Below, piece by piece: positions 1 through 11,869 of a DNA stretch of 64,000 bases; position 1 is the stretch's first letter, and every line of letters begins with the position of its first letter. Origin of the DNA: Azolla caroliniana. Lineage: Eukaryota > Plantae > Polypodiophyta. Location: contig JBHGNT010000010.1 in NCBI GenBank assembly GCA_043228905.1, positions 18,228,001 to 18,292,000 of the forward strand, in the 5' to 3' direction. A model generated the notes under the pieces. The model worked only from the letters and a program-made list of their open reading frames with translations. It searched no databases and was not told the origin of the DNA. Made by a program: the position numbers and the translations under genes.

Positions 1-683
1 TAGAATTTGCCTATAATAGCTCTAAACATACATCCACTAGATATAGTCCTTTTATGTTGATGTATGGTTTTCAGCCACGTGCCCCAGTTGATGTCACGAT
101 TCATCGTGATACATTAGACAGTACACGCAATTTTTTGCAAGACATGAACCAAATGTTGCATATTGCCAAAGAAAATGTCAAGATAGCTCAAGATCGTGCT
201 CGATTTTATGCTGATCAGGATAGACGTCCTCGTGCATTTACTATTGGTCAAAAAGTTTTTTTGCGTGTCCCGACTGATTCTACGTCATTATCTACGGGCA
301 AGTGCACTAAGTTAGCCCCACGATATTGTGGCCCATTTGAAATCCTTAAGCGAGTTGGGTCATCTGCTTATCACCTTGCCTTACCTCGTAACGTTGATAT
401 TCATCCTGTTTTTCACGTCAGTCGTCTAAAACCATTTTTAGGCTCTGGTGATAACACCATCACAATCCAAGATCTTGTAACATTAGAGGATTTTTCTTAC
501 AAACCTCATGTTCCTGAACGAATTCTTGATTCTCGTACTAAACGTTTACGTTCTAAAGAGATTCGGCTATTCAAGATCAAATGGATGGATAAACCTATTG
601 ATGATGCCACATGGGAACGCGAGCATTCGCTTAAGGCACAATTTCCTCACTTTATATTGCAAGAGTGCAATCTTTTGAAGTAG
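1..683 (+). mobile_element. Ty3/gypsy chromovirus pol C-terminus (integrase C-terminal GPY/F region plus chromodomain), truncated by the window start
   Basis: ORF 54-683 has KLAPRYCGPFEIL...IHPVFHVSRLKP (gypsy integrase GPY/F module). It then has PERILDSR...FKIKW...DDATWE (chromodomain), followed by a polypurine tract and an LTR. Confidence 0.93.
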
Positions 684-690
684 GGGAGTA

Positions 691-1164
691 TGTTATGTAC
701 ACATAACGTTGGTGAGGGTAGGTCACTAATATTTACATTAGTGAAGGGTATGTTCACTATTATTAAAAAGGGGACTAATGATTGGATAGAATGAATGATA
801 TGTGCATGCACTATCATGATTTAGACAACCAATGAATAGAGAGCCTTTTAGAAAGGCACATCTATTCAAGGGGCCTAGGAAAAGGTATAAATATGAGGCT
901 TAGCTACCCTCATAAGGATCATGACGTCGGAAGGCTGCTGTCGTAGACACCGGTGGTGCGGGCTAGGCTTTCGTCTCGACGATCGTGTTTATCTCTTCCA
1001 AGGTATTAGTCATCCTAATATCCGGCGGTATGGGACGTCGGTGGTAGGTTGTCTATGTCTAGATCATAGCTCGGGGGTGGTCGGGTGGAACGGGTTCTTC
1101 TATCCAATCTATTTTCTTCCTTTTTACTTGATTTGGTCTATTGATTAGTAATAGACTCTTAACA
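691..1164 (+). mobile_element. 3' LTR of the chromovirus element (~474 bp)
   Basis: Starts TGTTATG right after PPT gtaggggagta (680-690) and ends ...CTTAACA. Contains TATAAAT. Aligns end to end with 2849-3313. Confidence 0.88.
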
Positions 1165-1789
1165 TGGGGGACCACTGTTGATTTTGGACTTCGATTTGAA
1201 CTAAAGTGCTTCACGAATTGTGATGGGTATATTCACATGGTTGATGTGCAATACAAAATAGAATCAACATGAAACAAAGTCAAAGAAATATCCCCTTAAC
1301 AACAAATAAAGCATCACAACCATTTGGGAGCATAGCTCTACCAATGGCAATATAATAGATTATAGGAGCACAACTTTCCTTTGAGGGTAATTCAATCAAT
1401 AAGGTTAAGAGAGTTACTAGTTTGGCCCACCAATCTAGATAGAGAGAACTAAGAAATTAAAAGGGAGAGTCCCATGGAGGGATAGATCTTTTCAACTTGT
1501 TCTCTTCTTTTATAGGGAAATTTAGGGAGGGAGGGACAAACAACCATATTGACCATGGTGTTCTATACTTATAATGGTATTATAATATGATATTGGTCAC
1601 CCTTATAGTTTACACTATTGCAATGCATCCACTTCTTCAACACATGCACAAATTGGTTCATTGGTCTTCTTCAAGGTTTATAAATGGCCAATGTCAAACA
1701 TTTCTCAGATTAGGCCTATGTTGATGCTACTTTTTTTATGTCCTATAACAACGTGAAAATATGCACATTATTATGGATACCTTGCAATT

Positions 1790-2188
1790 TTATTTTATTT
1801 TTCTTATTGGTTTATACTACTTTAGTATTTTTTATCTTTGGCTTGCCCGAAGGCTACAACTCACACGAAGTCATGTTTTATTAGCAGTACATAGTCCATC
1901 AGGGGGTGTACCGAATGGTATGAGTTGCGTCGTCGCCACTTACTGGCACAAACCGCCCTTCACTGTCACCATTTGCATCGTTGCCACTATCTTTGTCGTC
2001 GTCACTTACGGGCACAAATTGCCCTTCACTGTCACCATTTGCTTCATTGCCACTATCTTCTTCGCCGTCACTTACAGGCACAAACCGCCCTTTTTAGGTA
2101 CCACATGTATGTTGGTGCGGGGAGACTCGAACCTCCAACCTAGTGGTTGGAGTGTCCCCCCATTACCATTACACCAACACATCACGGG
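1790..2188 (-). mobile_element. tRNA-derived SINE with internal 66-bp tandem repeat
   Basis: On the minus strand: A-box TGGTGTAATGG, B-box GGTTCGAGTCT and an A-rich tail (aagaaaaataaaataaaa). Flanked by an exact 18-bp TSD tatggataccttgcaatt at 1772-1789 and 2189-2206. A 66-bp unit is repeated about 2.4 times at ~1930-2092. Confidence 0.85.
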
Positions 2189-2848
2189 TATGGATACCTT
2201 GCAATTATATAGCAATCGAATAGGATTCAAGTCAACCTAATAAAATCAATAGGCGATTTAAAGTAAATTATTATGGATGCCCATTGCCAACAAAAGGTTA
2301 TCTTTTGTCCAAAATCTTCATTAATAAAGGGATGTTTGGTTTTACTTAAGTTTTGAAAGAGAATGTGTGGAAGGCATCCTACATTAAGTTTTAGAAGTAT
2401 AACAATCTCGGAGTCTCTTTTTTGTTTTTGTGTTTACATGTGGATTCAAGTCTCCTTAATAGGAAATGCAAAGAACTAACTATATGGAACTTTAGCATGT
2501 GTTCAAACATTCAAAAATTTTGGGAGCTTGCAAAAGCCTTTTTGGAGCAATTAAGAATGGAGAAACTGAGTTCCCAAATAAGTTATGAGAGTTGTGACAA
2601 GAAGACAAAGACACCTAGAAAACTTTGTCGCAAGATGTGTAGGGTACTTAAGTTACATCTTGTGATTGTACATGCTTTCGTGTGTATATGTGTATTTATG
2701 TGCAAATGTTTGTGGTGGTGTGGAAGTGTACATTGTTTATGTGCATATATGAGTGTGATTGTATAAAAGATTGAAAGGATTTGGGGGTGCGCTTAATGAT
2801 TGAGACAAACGATGACAATGGCTCAGTGATGATAAAATTTTAAGTAAA

Positions 2849-3313
2849 TGTTATGCACACATAACGTAGGCGAGGATCGGTCACTAATATTTACATAAGT
2901 GGAAGATATGTTCACTAATGTTAGAAAGAGACTAATGTGATTGGATAGAAGGAATGATAATTGTATGTACTATCATGATCTTGACAACCAATGAATGGAG
3001 GAGGGTCTTTTAGAACGGCACATCCATTCAAGGGGCCTAGGAAGAGGTGTAAATATGAGGCATAACTACCCTCATACGACACATTACATCGGAAGGTTGC
3101 CATTTGAAGACACCAGTGGTGCGGGCTAAGTTTACATCATTATAATCATGTTATCTCTTCTAAGATATTAGTCATCGTAATATCCGTTGGTGGTAGGTTG
3201 GCTATTTCTTGATCATAGCTTGGGGGTGGTCGAGTGGAACGGGTTATTCTATCCAATCTATTTACCTTTATTTTACTTTAACTGGTTTATTGTTTAGTAA
3301 TAGACTCATAATA
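2849..3313 (+). mobile_element. Solo LTR of the same chromovirus family as 691-1164
   Basis: Collinear, diverged copy of 691-1164. Starts TGTTATG and ends ...CATAATA (terminal CA decayed to TA). Imperfect 5-bp TSD gtaaa/gttaa. Confidence 0.85.
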
Positions 3314-5199
3314 GTTAACAACTCCAAACATGCTGACCAAAACAATCTTGAGGGTTTGAGAAAGCCATGGACTCTTTGAACATAAATTTTTTGGTGAAAG
3401 GCTTGGAGGAATGCAATTGTCTAGCCTTATCTAGGCGGAGAAGCCAAGATTACCCAAAAACTACATATGGTGTGATAGTACAAAGCATTACAAGGTAGAC
3501 TGAATTCATTCATCTGAAACCCAATTACTAATAAAAAACAATTACGAGAAAGGAAACATGAAGATATTTATGGAGGAAATGGAAGCAAATGGACAAAATT
3601 GGGCTACTACTTCACATTGCTAGGAATCTATTGCATGCCCCAAGATAGTACTAAACGCCATTATTGTTTTGTGGCATGTGTGCAAAGGGAGAAAAGTGAA
3701 TGCCATTAACAAATGGTAAAGCGTTTCAAAATATATTTATAATGGTGAGAAATAGGCACCGGAAGAAAAGCAACAACAGTAATGGTCACATTTTGATTCT
3801 TGCAGATTCTTGAGTCTCGATGGCTTGATGCTCTAAGCATGTACCTTATAGTCATTTAAGAGTAAATACCATCAAAGAAACATTAAGTAAATGGATGGCA
3901 GAACAAATCGTCGTAAAGCAAGCAATGATTTTTGTTAAATATCTTGCTTTCATCTCATTCTCAAGATCTCTTGCTTTTCTAGCTTTTGGATAGTCCCACT
4001 CGATCATGAACTCGTGGTTCATTAGCAAACCATTTCTTCATTAACTCGACTAATACACCTAGAAAAACTCTTAAGAGAAATTAGATTGAATACAAATGAT
4101 ACAACACACTTTAATTGATAGAGTAGGACAATTATACGTTTGTTGTTTGAGTAACAAAGTGTAAAAAATTACTCGGTTTACTTTTGCAATCAATATGCAG
4201 AGCACTTAATATCCATATACTACAACACCGGGATAAATTCCCATTGAGCAACTCATTACTTCCCAGACAAAGCATATAACTATTTTCTCAACAATTATGT
4301 TATGTGCAACAAAAGCGATCTTTTTTTGTGTGCTTTAGGACCCCATAATAGAACCAGGGAGTGATATTATTTGTGAGGCTAGTACACGAGGAATTCAATT
4401 TCAACTTATTGGAAAATGAACACTTCCCATTTCGTGGTATGATACAAGTGTGTTGTTTATGTGTGGAAAGCATTGTTGCAATACTAGCAACGACTTCTCT
4501 TGCATTTTATAGATATCTTTTTTTAGTAAGGATGCAAAAGGTTGACCATTTTTGTGATAATGAAAGAGTAAATATACCAATAACTATAAAAACATGCAAC
4601 TACACACATAACGCCCAAGGTCAAAACAACCACCATCCCTCCGTTGAAGACCAAAGGATCAGGCTCGTGTTGGTAGGCGATGAATGTCACTAGTTTATAG
4701 ATCTAGGTACCTAATTACATTAAGTACAAAGTATCAAGGGTTATGTATGTATCAAGGGTCAAAACAAGATAGGAAAGATAACTAGAAATGTCATGTTGGA
4801 TGAATTTTTTGAACAAAAATCACAATAGAGGAGAGTGGTGCCCTTTTTAATAAAGGATGATGATGATTTAGACCAATCATTATAGATTGAATTTTCCTTG
4901 GCAAGCTCTATCAAAAGGATATGTCTTCATTTGTTTTCGTTTTAGCCTTTGAAGCAAATCAATGATTTTTGTATACATCCTTTCACATGTTGTCTTAAAT
5001 AACATTTCTGGTAAAACTTTGGTCATGCACCTCTAAAATGTTTAGCATGAGGCACAATAAAAAAACTCCATCATAAATATTGAAGATGAAGAATTTGGTA
5101 ACCAACAAGAACTTTGACAATATGGTGGAAGGAGTAAAACTAACATAATGAATGTCGCAACTAATGAGAAAATGACATCGTGAATGGACTATGAGATCT

Positions 5200-6060
5200 G
5201 AAATTATGAACGCTCTATTGCTTGGGGAAGCTGCTAATCAAAAGATGGCAATGGAGAAGTGGATAGGCTACGAGGAGGAGGGCTCTTTGATCCCAAGAGG
5301 TAGGGAAACACTAGACAAGATCCAATGTTGTGAACTATGAGACAATGAGGTACCAACATCGAACGTGGCATATACAAGTTGTAAATGGATTGTAGACCTT
5401 GATCCAATCTCAATCTAATCAAAGTACAACCACGATGGCACATATGTACTCACGAAAACACATGGTTACGTAAGGTCAATTGGGACCCTTTGCAATGGAT
5501 ATGGCACGATCCTTATGCGGGTCAAGGAAGCGAAGCCATCCCTTTCTTCCAATTCACAACTACATTGGGTTGCTGCATTCTAGCCGCTCAAACCACTCGA
5601 GAACTGGCAGTTGCAAAGATATGGCACACATATCATGTTCCCCATACAATTATCACCAAGTTTTGGCAGACAATATGGAAACAACACCACGCTAGGTGAA
5701 TTACCACATTCTAATGGCTATTAATACATAGGTCTCTACCAATTAGAGCGTGACATCGTTGATCCTTAGCTCTCCTAATTGTGTAGCGTGCCCAAATGTA
5801 ACAAAGTCAATCCAACACACTCTGTGGGATTGCCCAAAGACCCATCAAATATGGTAGGGGGTTGGCCGCCTATTGCAATTATGTCAGGTGCAAGGCACAA
5901 TCAATGAGGGAATGTATGTTGGTTATCATAGCAGACCCCATTTGACAAGTACGAACATCTAGAGGAGGGGATGCCGTTGGTGATAAAGGCACAAGAGATC
6001 ATGTTTTCCATCATCGACAATATCCACTCAACTCCTCCTATTAATGCAAAAGCTCAACAG
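5200..6060 (+). pseudogene. Degenerate L1-like LINE ORF2 C-terminal fragment
   Basis: Translates (with stops and frameshifts) to WHDP...PFFQFTTTLG...KFWQTIW...WLLIHRSLP...CVACP...QHTLWDCP. This is the zinc-finger region also seen in the other LINE copies. Boundaries are approximate. Confidence 0.7.
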
Positions 6061-7651
6061 TGGCAATCACACTCTTGCTCTCATTCCCTCACAATTACAC
6101 TCTTTTACTTTGAATCATTGTGCCCCTTCTTTCCTCTTTTAGTTTTTATCTTTTCGTCATTCCTTTTTCAAGCTTTTCCTTTTTAGTGATGCTCGATGTT
6201 TGGTACCCACCTCATGTTTCTTCTCTCCTAAAATTTGCCCCTATCTTTTTTTTGAATTTGTCTTGGGACATCATATATCAAGGATAAGAATACTTGCTAG
6301 AGTTAGTAAAGTTTAGAAAAATATGCACTTTTTGAAGGTCCCTGTCTTCCATTATCAAACAACCACCCATAGTTGTTATATGTTTGTAGGAAGCCCTTGA
6401 CAATCTCAAAAACCATCATGTGATGATGTTTGCCCAACAATGCACCTAGATTTCATAAACAAGCTTATAATGTTGTTTTTGCTCGAGATAGAGTATAAAA
6501 CATGTAACATCTATGTACAACATCTAAGGCCATTATATGAACACACGAATAAAGGATCTCACTCATACATTTCCAATATTGAATGCAATTATCTAGTGCA
6601 AATCAATTCATAAGACAACAAACAAAAGAGGGAAATTTTTCGAGCAAAAATATGTGAGATAACACTATCATGGTGGATTGAATGAGACAAGCAAGAAAAA
6701 GAAAGACCACCCACACATTTGACACTTTGAACTTAAGAATGTCAGTTGAATGTGATCATGGTGGGTGAAGTAGAGACCAAAATTTAACCAACACCAATGC
6801 ACACTTTTGATAGGGTTGGCAAGGTGAGGAACATAATTTTAGAAGATCTAGGGGGAATGTGTGACCATCGACAACATTAGGGGAAAGTTCTATTGCCACT
6901 CAACTCGAAAGAGCAATGAAACACGGGTATTCACATAAAATAAATGCCTAAATCATGAGTTGGCTAAACAAGTTCAAAGTGGTGTATTGTGCCTAGTACC
7001 GGACCCCCTCATGCTTGTTTGTTTAGGAAATTCTTGTCAAGCCTCGATAAGACTAGAAGAAAGCTGATCACTCACTTTTCTTACACTAATGATTTAGTCA
7101 CGTTAATATGTAGCTTTATATGGGCATGGATCCTAAATTAGAGCATCATTAGCATAACACAAACTCTATTTAGATAGATTGACTTAATCACGTAGCAATA
7201 TTGCATAAACCAAAACTTGTATCCAACCCAATAGCAATATAGAATTAGATGAGTGGAATAATTTTTTTGAATATAAATAGGTTGTGCTTTCAAAACATTC
7301 TTCCATTTCCATATATTTATATAGGTCTTGTGGGAAGTGACAACGGTCTAAAAGTGATCAGGCCGGCCTGGCCCCACTTCGTTTAGTTACAAGAGGTTTC
7401 TAATCATAATGAAGAAGCTATAACTAACTAAAAAAGTGGAGACATGCAAATATGCAAAGGTTTTCAATTTTGCATAAAAGGTCTACAAGCCATAATATAG
7501 AATGCTTAAATAAGAGTGTTTGGCAAGACGAACATACGTTCGATTTGTAAGGACGTTTTTTTTATGAAGACTAGAAGTTCATGCATTCAACCCTTGCATT
7601 GCATTCTGCAATGGACGACAAAAGCATCATAGTAAGTTTAGGAAAACACTA

Positions 7652-8252
7652 TGGGGGGTATTTTCAGAATTTTGGAAATGCCCCAAAAAACCAAAGGAAA
7701 ATGATGTAGGGGAATTTTTCAGAAATGCCTAAAAGGTAAACGGAAGCAATGCAATGGCAATGGCAATTTCTGGAAGCAAATGAAAGGCCGTTGCGCAAGG
7801 GTATTCCCGGAAAACATCCCGAAAGAGTGATGGAAAATCAATGGGGTATTTTCTGGAGTTTCAGAAAAGCGGGAAAACTGAAGGAAAAGCAAGGGAGGGG
7901 TATTCTCGGAATTTCAGAAAAAAAGGGAAAAGCTGAAGGGAAAATCGAAGGCAAGGGAAGGGGGTATATGTTCGGAATTTCGGAAAAACGGAAAAGCTGA
8001 AGGAAAAATTAAAATCAAGGAATTTCAGGAAAAATTGATGAAAAAAACCAAAAGAAGATGATTAGGGCAGGGGTATTTTCGGAAAAGCTGAAGGGAAATG
8101 AAGGCAGGGGTATTTTTTTTCGCAATTGCAGAAAAGTATGGAAAAAAAAACAAAACGAAAAAGAAAATCCGGTAAACGCAGGGTGAGAATTTCAGAAAAA
8201 CGCAAAACGCAAAACGCAAAATGCCCAGGGGTATTTTGGCAATTTGAAAAAA
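7652..8252. repeat. Dispersed array of about 9 GGGGTATTTT(C/G)...GAAAA motifs upstream of the NUP1-like gene
   Basis: Variants of aggggtattttcggaa(tttc)gaaaa at ~7655, 7709, 7799, 7843, 7896, 7960, 8069, 8106 and 8227. Confidence 0.7.
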
Positions 8253-8536
8253 CCCAGCATATATATATATATATATAGATATGTCGTCTCCTCCCCTGCT
8301 CTCTGTAGCTACAGCCTATATAAAAAACACAAACAGAGAGAAAACAGAGCTCTAGGGTTCTCTGCTTTTTTCTTTTTTTTTTTTCTTTACCAAGCCCTTT
8401 ATTATCTGTCTGTCTTTCTGTCTCATTCGTTCTTCTTCAGATTCTTTCTTGTGCAATTTTTTTCTAGGCCCTCCTCAGAGATTTCTTTTCTGCAGTCATA
8501 CGAGCTCCATCCATCCATCTATCAATTCCCCCAGGG

Positions 8537-8567
<31 letters not shown>

Positions 8568-8696
8568 TTCTCTCCTTCTCCCGATTTTCCATCCACCATT
8601 CTGTATCCTCTCTCATCAATTGATTAGAACTTTCTTCCATCCTCGACCCTAACCCTAACTTTATCTGTAAAATTGCGAGCTTTTGCAGAGGCTACA

Positions 8697-11391
8697 ATGC
8701 CCAAATCTAACGCCTATGGTACTGAGACTTTAGGAAGCATCGGCGGAAAGGTTCAGGTTCTTCTTCATGGACGCCGGAGAAGAAAAACCACCCCTTACAA
8801 CCGTCCCCATTTTTCTTCTACTCCTTCAGGTTCAATAGCTTCTCGGTTCGCAAGAACCTGTTCGAGTGCTGTTGCATCCACAGCTTCATATGTCTTCTCT
8901 TCCTTATTTGGACGATTTAGAAACCCTCGAATTGCTGGAGGTATGAATTTAAAAAAGCTCTATTCTTTTCTTCTCTCCTTTGTGTTTGGTGTAAATGAAG
9001 ATGAGGATGCAGATGTATGATGTATGATGTATGATGTATGGCAATGGTCATATGCCATATGCCAGGCACCTCACCCATCACTTTGTATGGTCTATAGAAT
9101 ATGGTGATGGGTGATAATGATGGCATAATGATGATAATGTTGTCAATAGGGATCACTGATGACATTTTGAGAATGTTGTCAATAGGGATCACTGATGACA
9201 TTTTGAGAATGTTTGATGGATGATGATATTGATAACTGTGATAGCCACATACAATACACTTTGTCCAGCACTTTGTATGGTGTATGGTGTATGGTGGTGG
9301 TGGTGATATATATGATGATGTCTTGAATCATAGTGATAGGTGATGCATGGTGATTAGCTAAACGAGACCTGTTTTCCTCGGCCAAATTCTTCCTTTTTTT
9401 AAAAATTGTCACCTTCTTCGCAGGGAAAGGTGAAGACATGGGCCAAGATGCTGTGGAACCCTCCCCCAAGCGCAAAAACTATCTAAGAGTGCCTGAGAAA
9501 AATCAGAATTTTGGGGAAGTAGAAGACATATTAAAACGAAGGATGCTCTCCAGGTTATTTGCATACTAAAGATCTAATATATTTGCACATGCACACATTC
9601 ATATATTTGTGGCTATGATTAGTTTTAGGCATGAGGTTATGTGATGCATCAATAAATGCCTCGGTAAGCATGACAATTCCCTGTCAAAAAATTTAAGTAT
9701 TGGAAGATGTTTTAATGTTAGATTTTTTTCGTAGTGATGAAGCTGATCGACTCTCGGATCTCTTGCGAACGCAAGCAGCTGAACATATTAGCACAATGGA
9801 AAGATCTGGCAAACCCATTGAAAGTGAAAGTGCTTTATCTCTCATCTCTGAAGCTCAAAAGTGGAGAGAAGAGCTGAAAAAAGCTCGGCTGGATGCCTCC
9901 ACGCCTGTCCAAATAGCACAGGATTTTATGGGTGGGCGGTCATCATTAATGACCCCATTGTCTTCACGAAGCATATACCGACAAATTGATAAAGTTGTCC
10001 CTGAGATTCAATCACAATCAGGATCGAGGTTTTTAGGGTATAGAAATCATCGACCATCTTCTCACATGGTAATAGGCCCATCTGTGCGAACTTTGGAAGG
10101 GTCAACTGTTGATGAGGGATGGATGTCCGTAGGGCGGGTGAGAAGAGCCCGAGAAAGTGTATTCCAGACTGTGACCCCAAGTCCATATTCGAGGGAAACC
10201 CGACCAAATATCATCTCTCCACCCATTCAATCTAGTCATACTGCTCGGAGGATCCTAGACACACTAGAGAAATTATCGTCTTCTCCAAAAGCAAAACTTT
10301 TGGATGGGGAGTATATTATAAATGGGGAAGGGGCACCCAAAATTAAGAAATTAGAGCATATGAAGTATTTGCCAGAAACTCCAAGACTCTCAGATAAACA
10401 TGATTTCAGAAGCATGGAAAAGACTCCGATGAGGATGAATTTTAATAATTCTAATGGTTCCTTATCACGTGAGGCGAGTTCTAATGGTAAACCTATAGAA
10501 ACTAATTCAACTAAAGATCAGATCAGGAAAATATTTTCTTCAGCTAACTCAAACCCATTTTTGTTACCAGATAATACGAAATCATTTTCAGCTAATGGGA
10601 ACCCATTTGCAGTCACAGCTGTGAGCAACCAAGGTAGCTTTGCAGCAATGTCAAAAGATGAATCTACAGCGAAAGAGAATAGACCATTTTTCTCTCCTTT
10701 TCCATCATCAGAATGCAGCAGAGATCCTACATCTTCTGGGCCATTTGGGTCATTCAAAACTATATCAACAATGGGAACATCAAGCATGCTTGCATCCTCT
10801 AGTATCACATTTTCTACGAGGAAAGAAGAAGGTTCAGCAGAACATAATGAAGGTGGAAAAGAGGCTCGGACAAGCTTTCAATCAAACCTGTTTAGCCTTG
10901 GATCCTCATCATCAGGATCATCATTCTCATCCAAAGTGGAGAATAAAGTATCTCCGTTTTCTGTGATTGGGGTTCAGGCTGATGTATCAACCCCTTCGTT
11001 ACCACTCTTGGAAACATCAAATTCAAATCCTTCCTCATTTTTGTCGAGCCCGAATATTGACGGAGGTCCTTCTATATCTAATGCTGTAAACACTTCCAAG
11101 AAGATTGAATCATCTCTTGGAGCAGCTTCTTTGTTCACATGTGCACCTTCATCAGAAGGAATTAGTGTCAAGTCAATGGGCACACCATCCCAAGACCCAA
11201 AATTTACTTTTGCATCTGAAACCTCATCTTTGTCCACATTTTCAGGTCCAATTGGTACTTCACCATCATCATTCGGGTCATCATTTGGAACAACAGGGGG
11301 TACATTTGAGATAGGAGGGCTTCCCTCGAGCATCACAAATGGCTCAGAGAAGAATAATAGGAAGATTGTAAAGCCAAAGAGAAGGAGATAA
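8697..11391 (+). CDS. NUP1: Nuclear basket nucleoporin NUP1/NUP136-like, 676 aa; exons 8697-8940, 9424-9553, 9735-11391
   Basis: GT-AG junctions with matching phases (1, 2); 2031 nt in total. Motifs recalled from plant NUP136/NUP82 occur in the right order: GGK...RRKTTPYNRP; EVEDILKRRMLSSDEADRLSDLLR; TPVQIAQDFMGGR; SVGRVRRAR; SSHTARRILDTLEKL. These are followed by a Ser-rich region with FG dipeptides and a C-terminal GTFEIG...RKIVKPKRRR. Confidence 0.82.
9137..9213. repeat. 36-bp tandem duplication in NUP1-like intron 1
   Basis: aatgttgtcaatagggatcactgatgacattttgag occurs twice in tandem. Confidence 0.85.
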
Positions 11392-11738
11392 ACATAGATG
11401 AGGTCAGTTTTAAAACTCTTCTATTCTTGAATTTCAGTTGTCGATTCCAGTTTTTTAACATTTTCGCACAAATGAGATGCCACCTCCGGAAAAACTGAAC
11501 TACTAGGAAGTATATGCTCATTCACACACTTCATTTTTCTCACATTTCATTAGGTCCAAGTTTTATCCTGACGTTGATGTGATGTTCCAGTGCTGCAATT
11601 GGAGGCAACAAGAGAATCGGATGATATTGTCAAAAAAAGACTACATACTTCTTAGGAAGTACTGCGACTTTGCCAAATTATTCAGAGTTGGGGATGAAGT
11701 AAAATGTGGTATACGAGATGAAGATCGTACCTGACTTC

Positions 11739-11869
11739 AGTTATCTGTTCACCTCCAATCAGTATAAACAAGGATAGAAATAACTCATATTCACCTACAA
11801 TAGTTGACCGTAGTTATCTGTTCACCTCCAATCAATATAAACAAGGATAGAAATCACTTTTATTCACCT
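11739..11869. repeat. Direct duplication (~58 bp, period ~73 bp) downstream of the NUP1-like gene
   Basis: agttatctgttcacctccaatca(g/a)tataaacaaggatagaaat...tattcacct occurs twice. Confidence 0.8.

Noticed and set aside
2110-2188. Possible true tRNA genes here and at 44545-44605 and 45140-45190
   Set aside because: A and B boxes are present, but I could not fold acceptor and anticodon stems; treated as tRNA-derived repeats.
1761-2240. 159-aa ORF with 22-aa repeats
   Set aside because: A by-product of the SINE's 66-bp repeat; the ORF crosses both TSDs.
4596-4725. Patchy similarity to the start of the chromovirus LTR (acacataacg...gtaggcga...gtcacta)
   Set aside because: Too short and interrupted to call.
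9000-9350. TGATGA and CTGA motifs suggesting a C/D snoRNA in NUP1-like intron 1
   Set aside because: The region is (TGA/TGG)-rich low-complexity sequence. The boxes are too close together and no terminal stem was found.
9700-9734. Start of the 563-aa ORF
   Set aside because: Non-ATG start within intron 2 of the NUP1-like gene.
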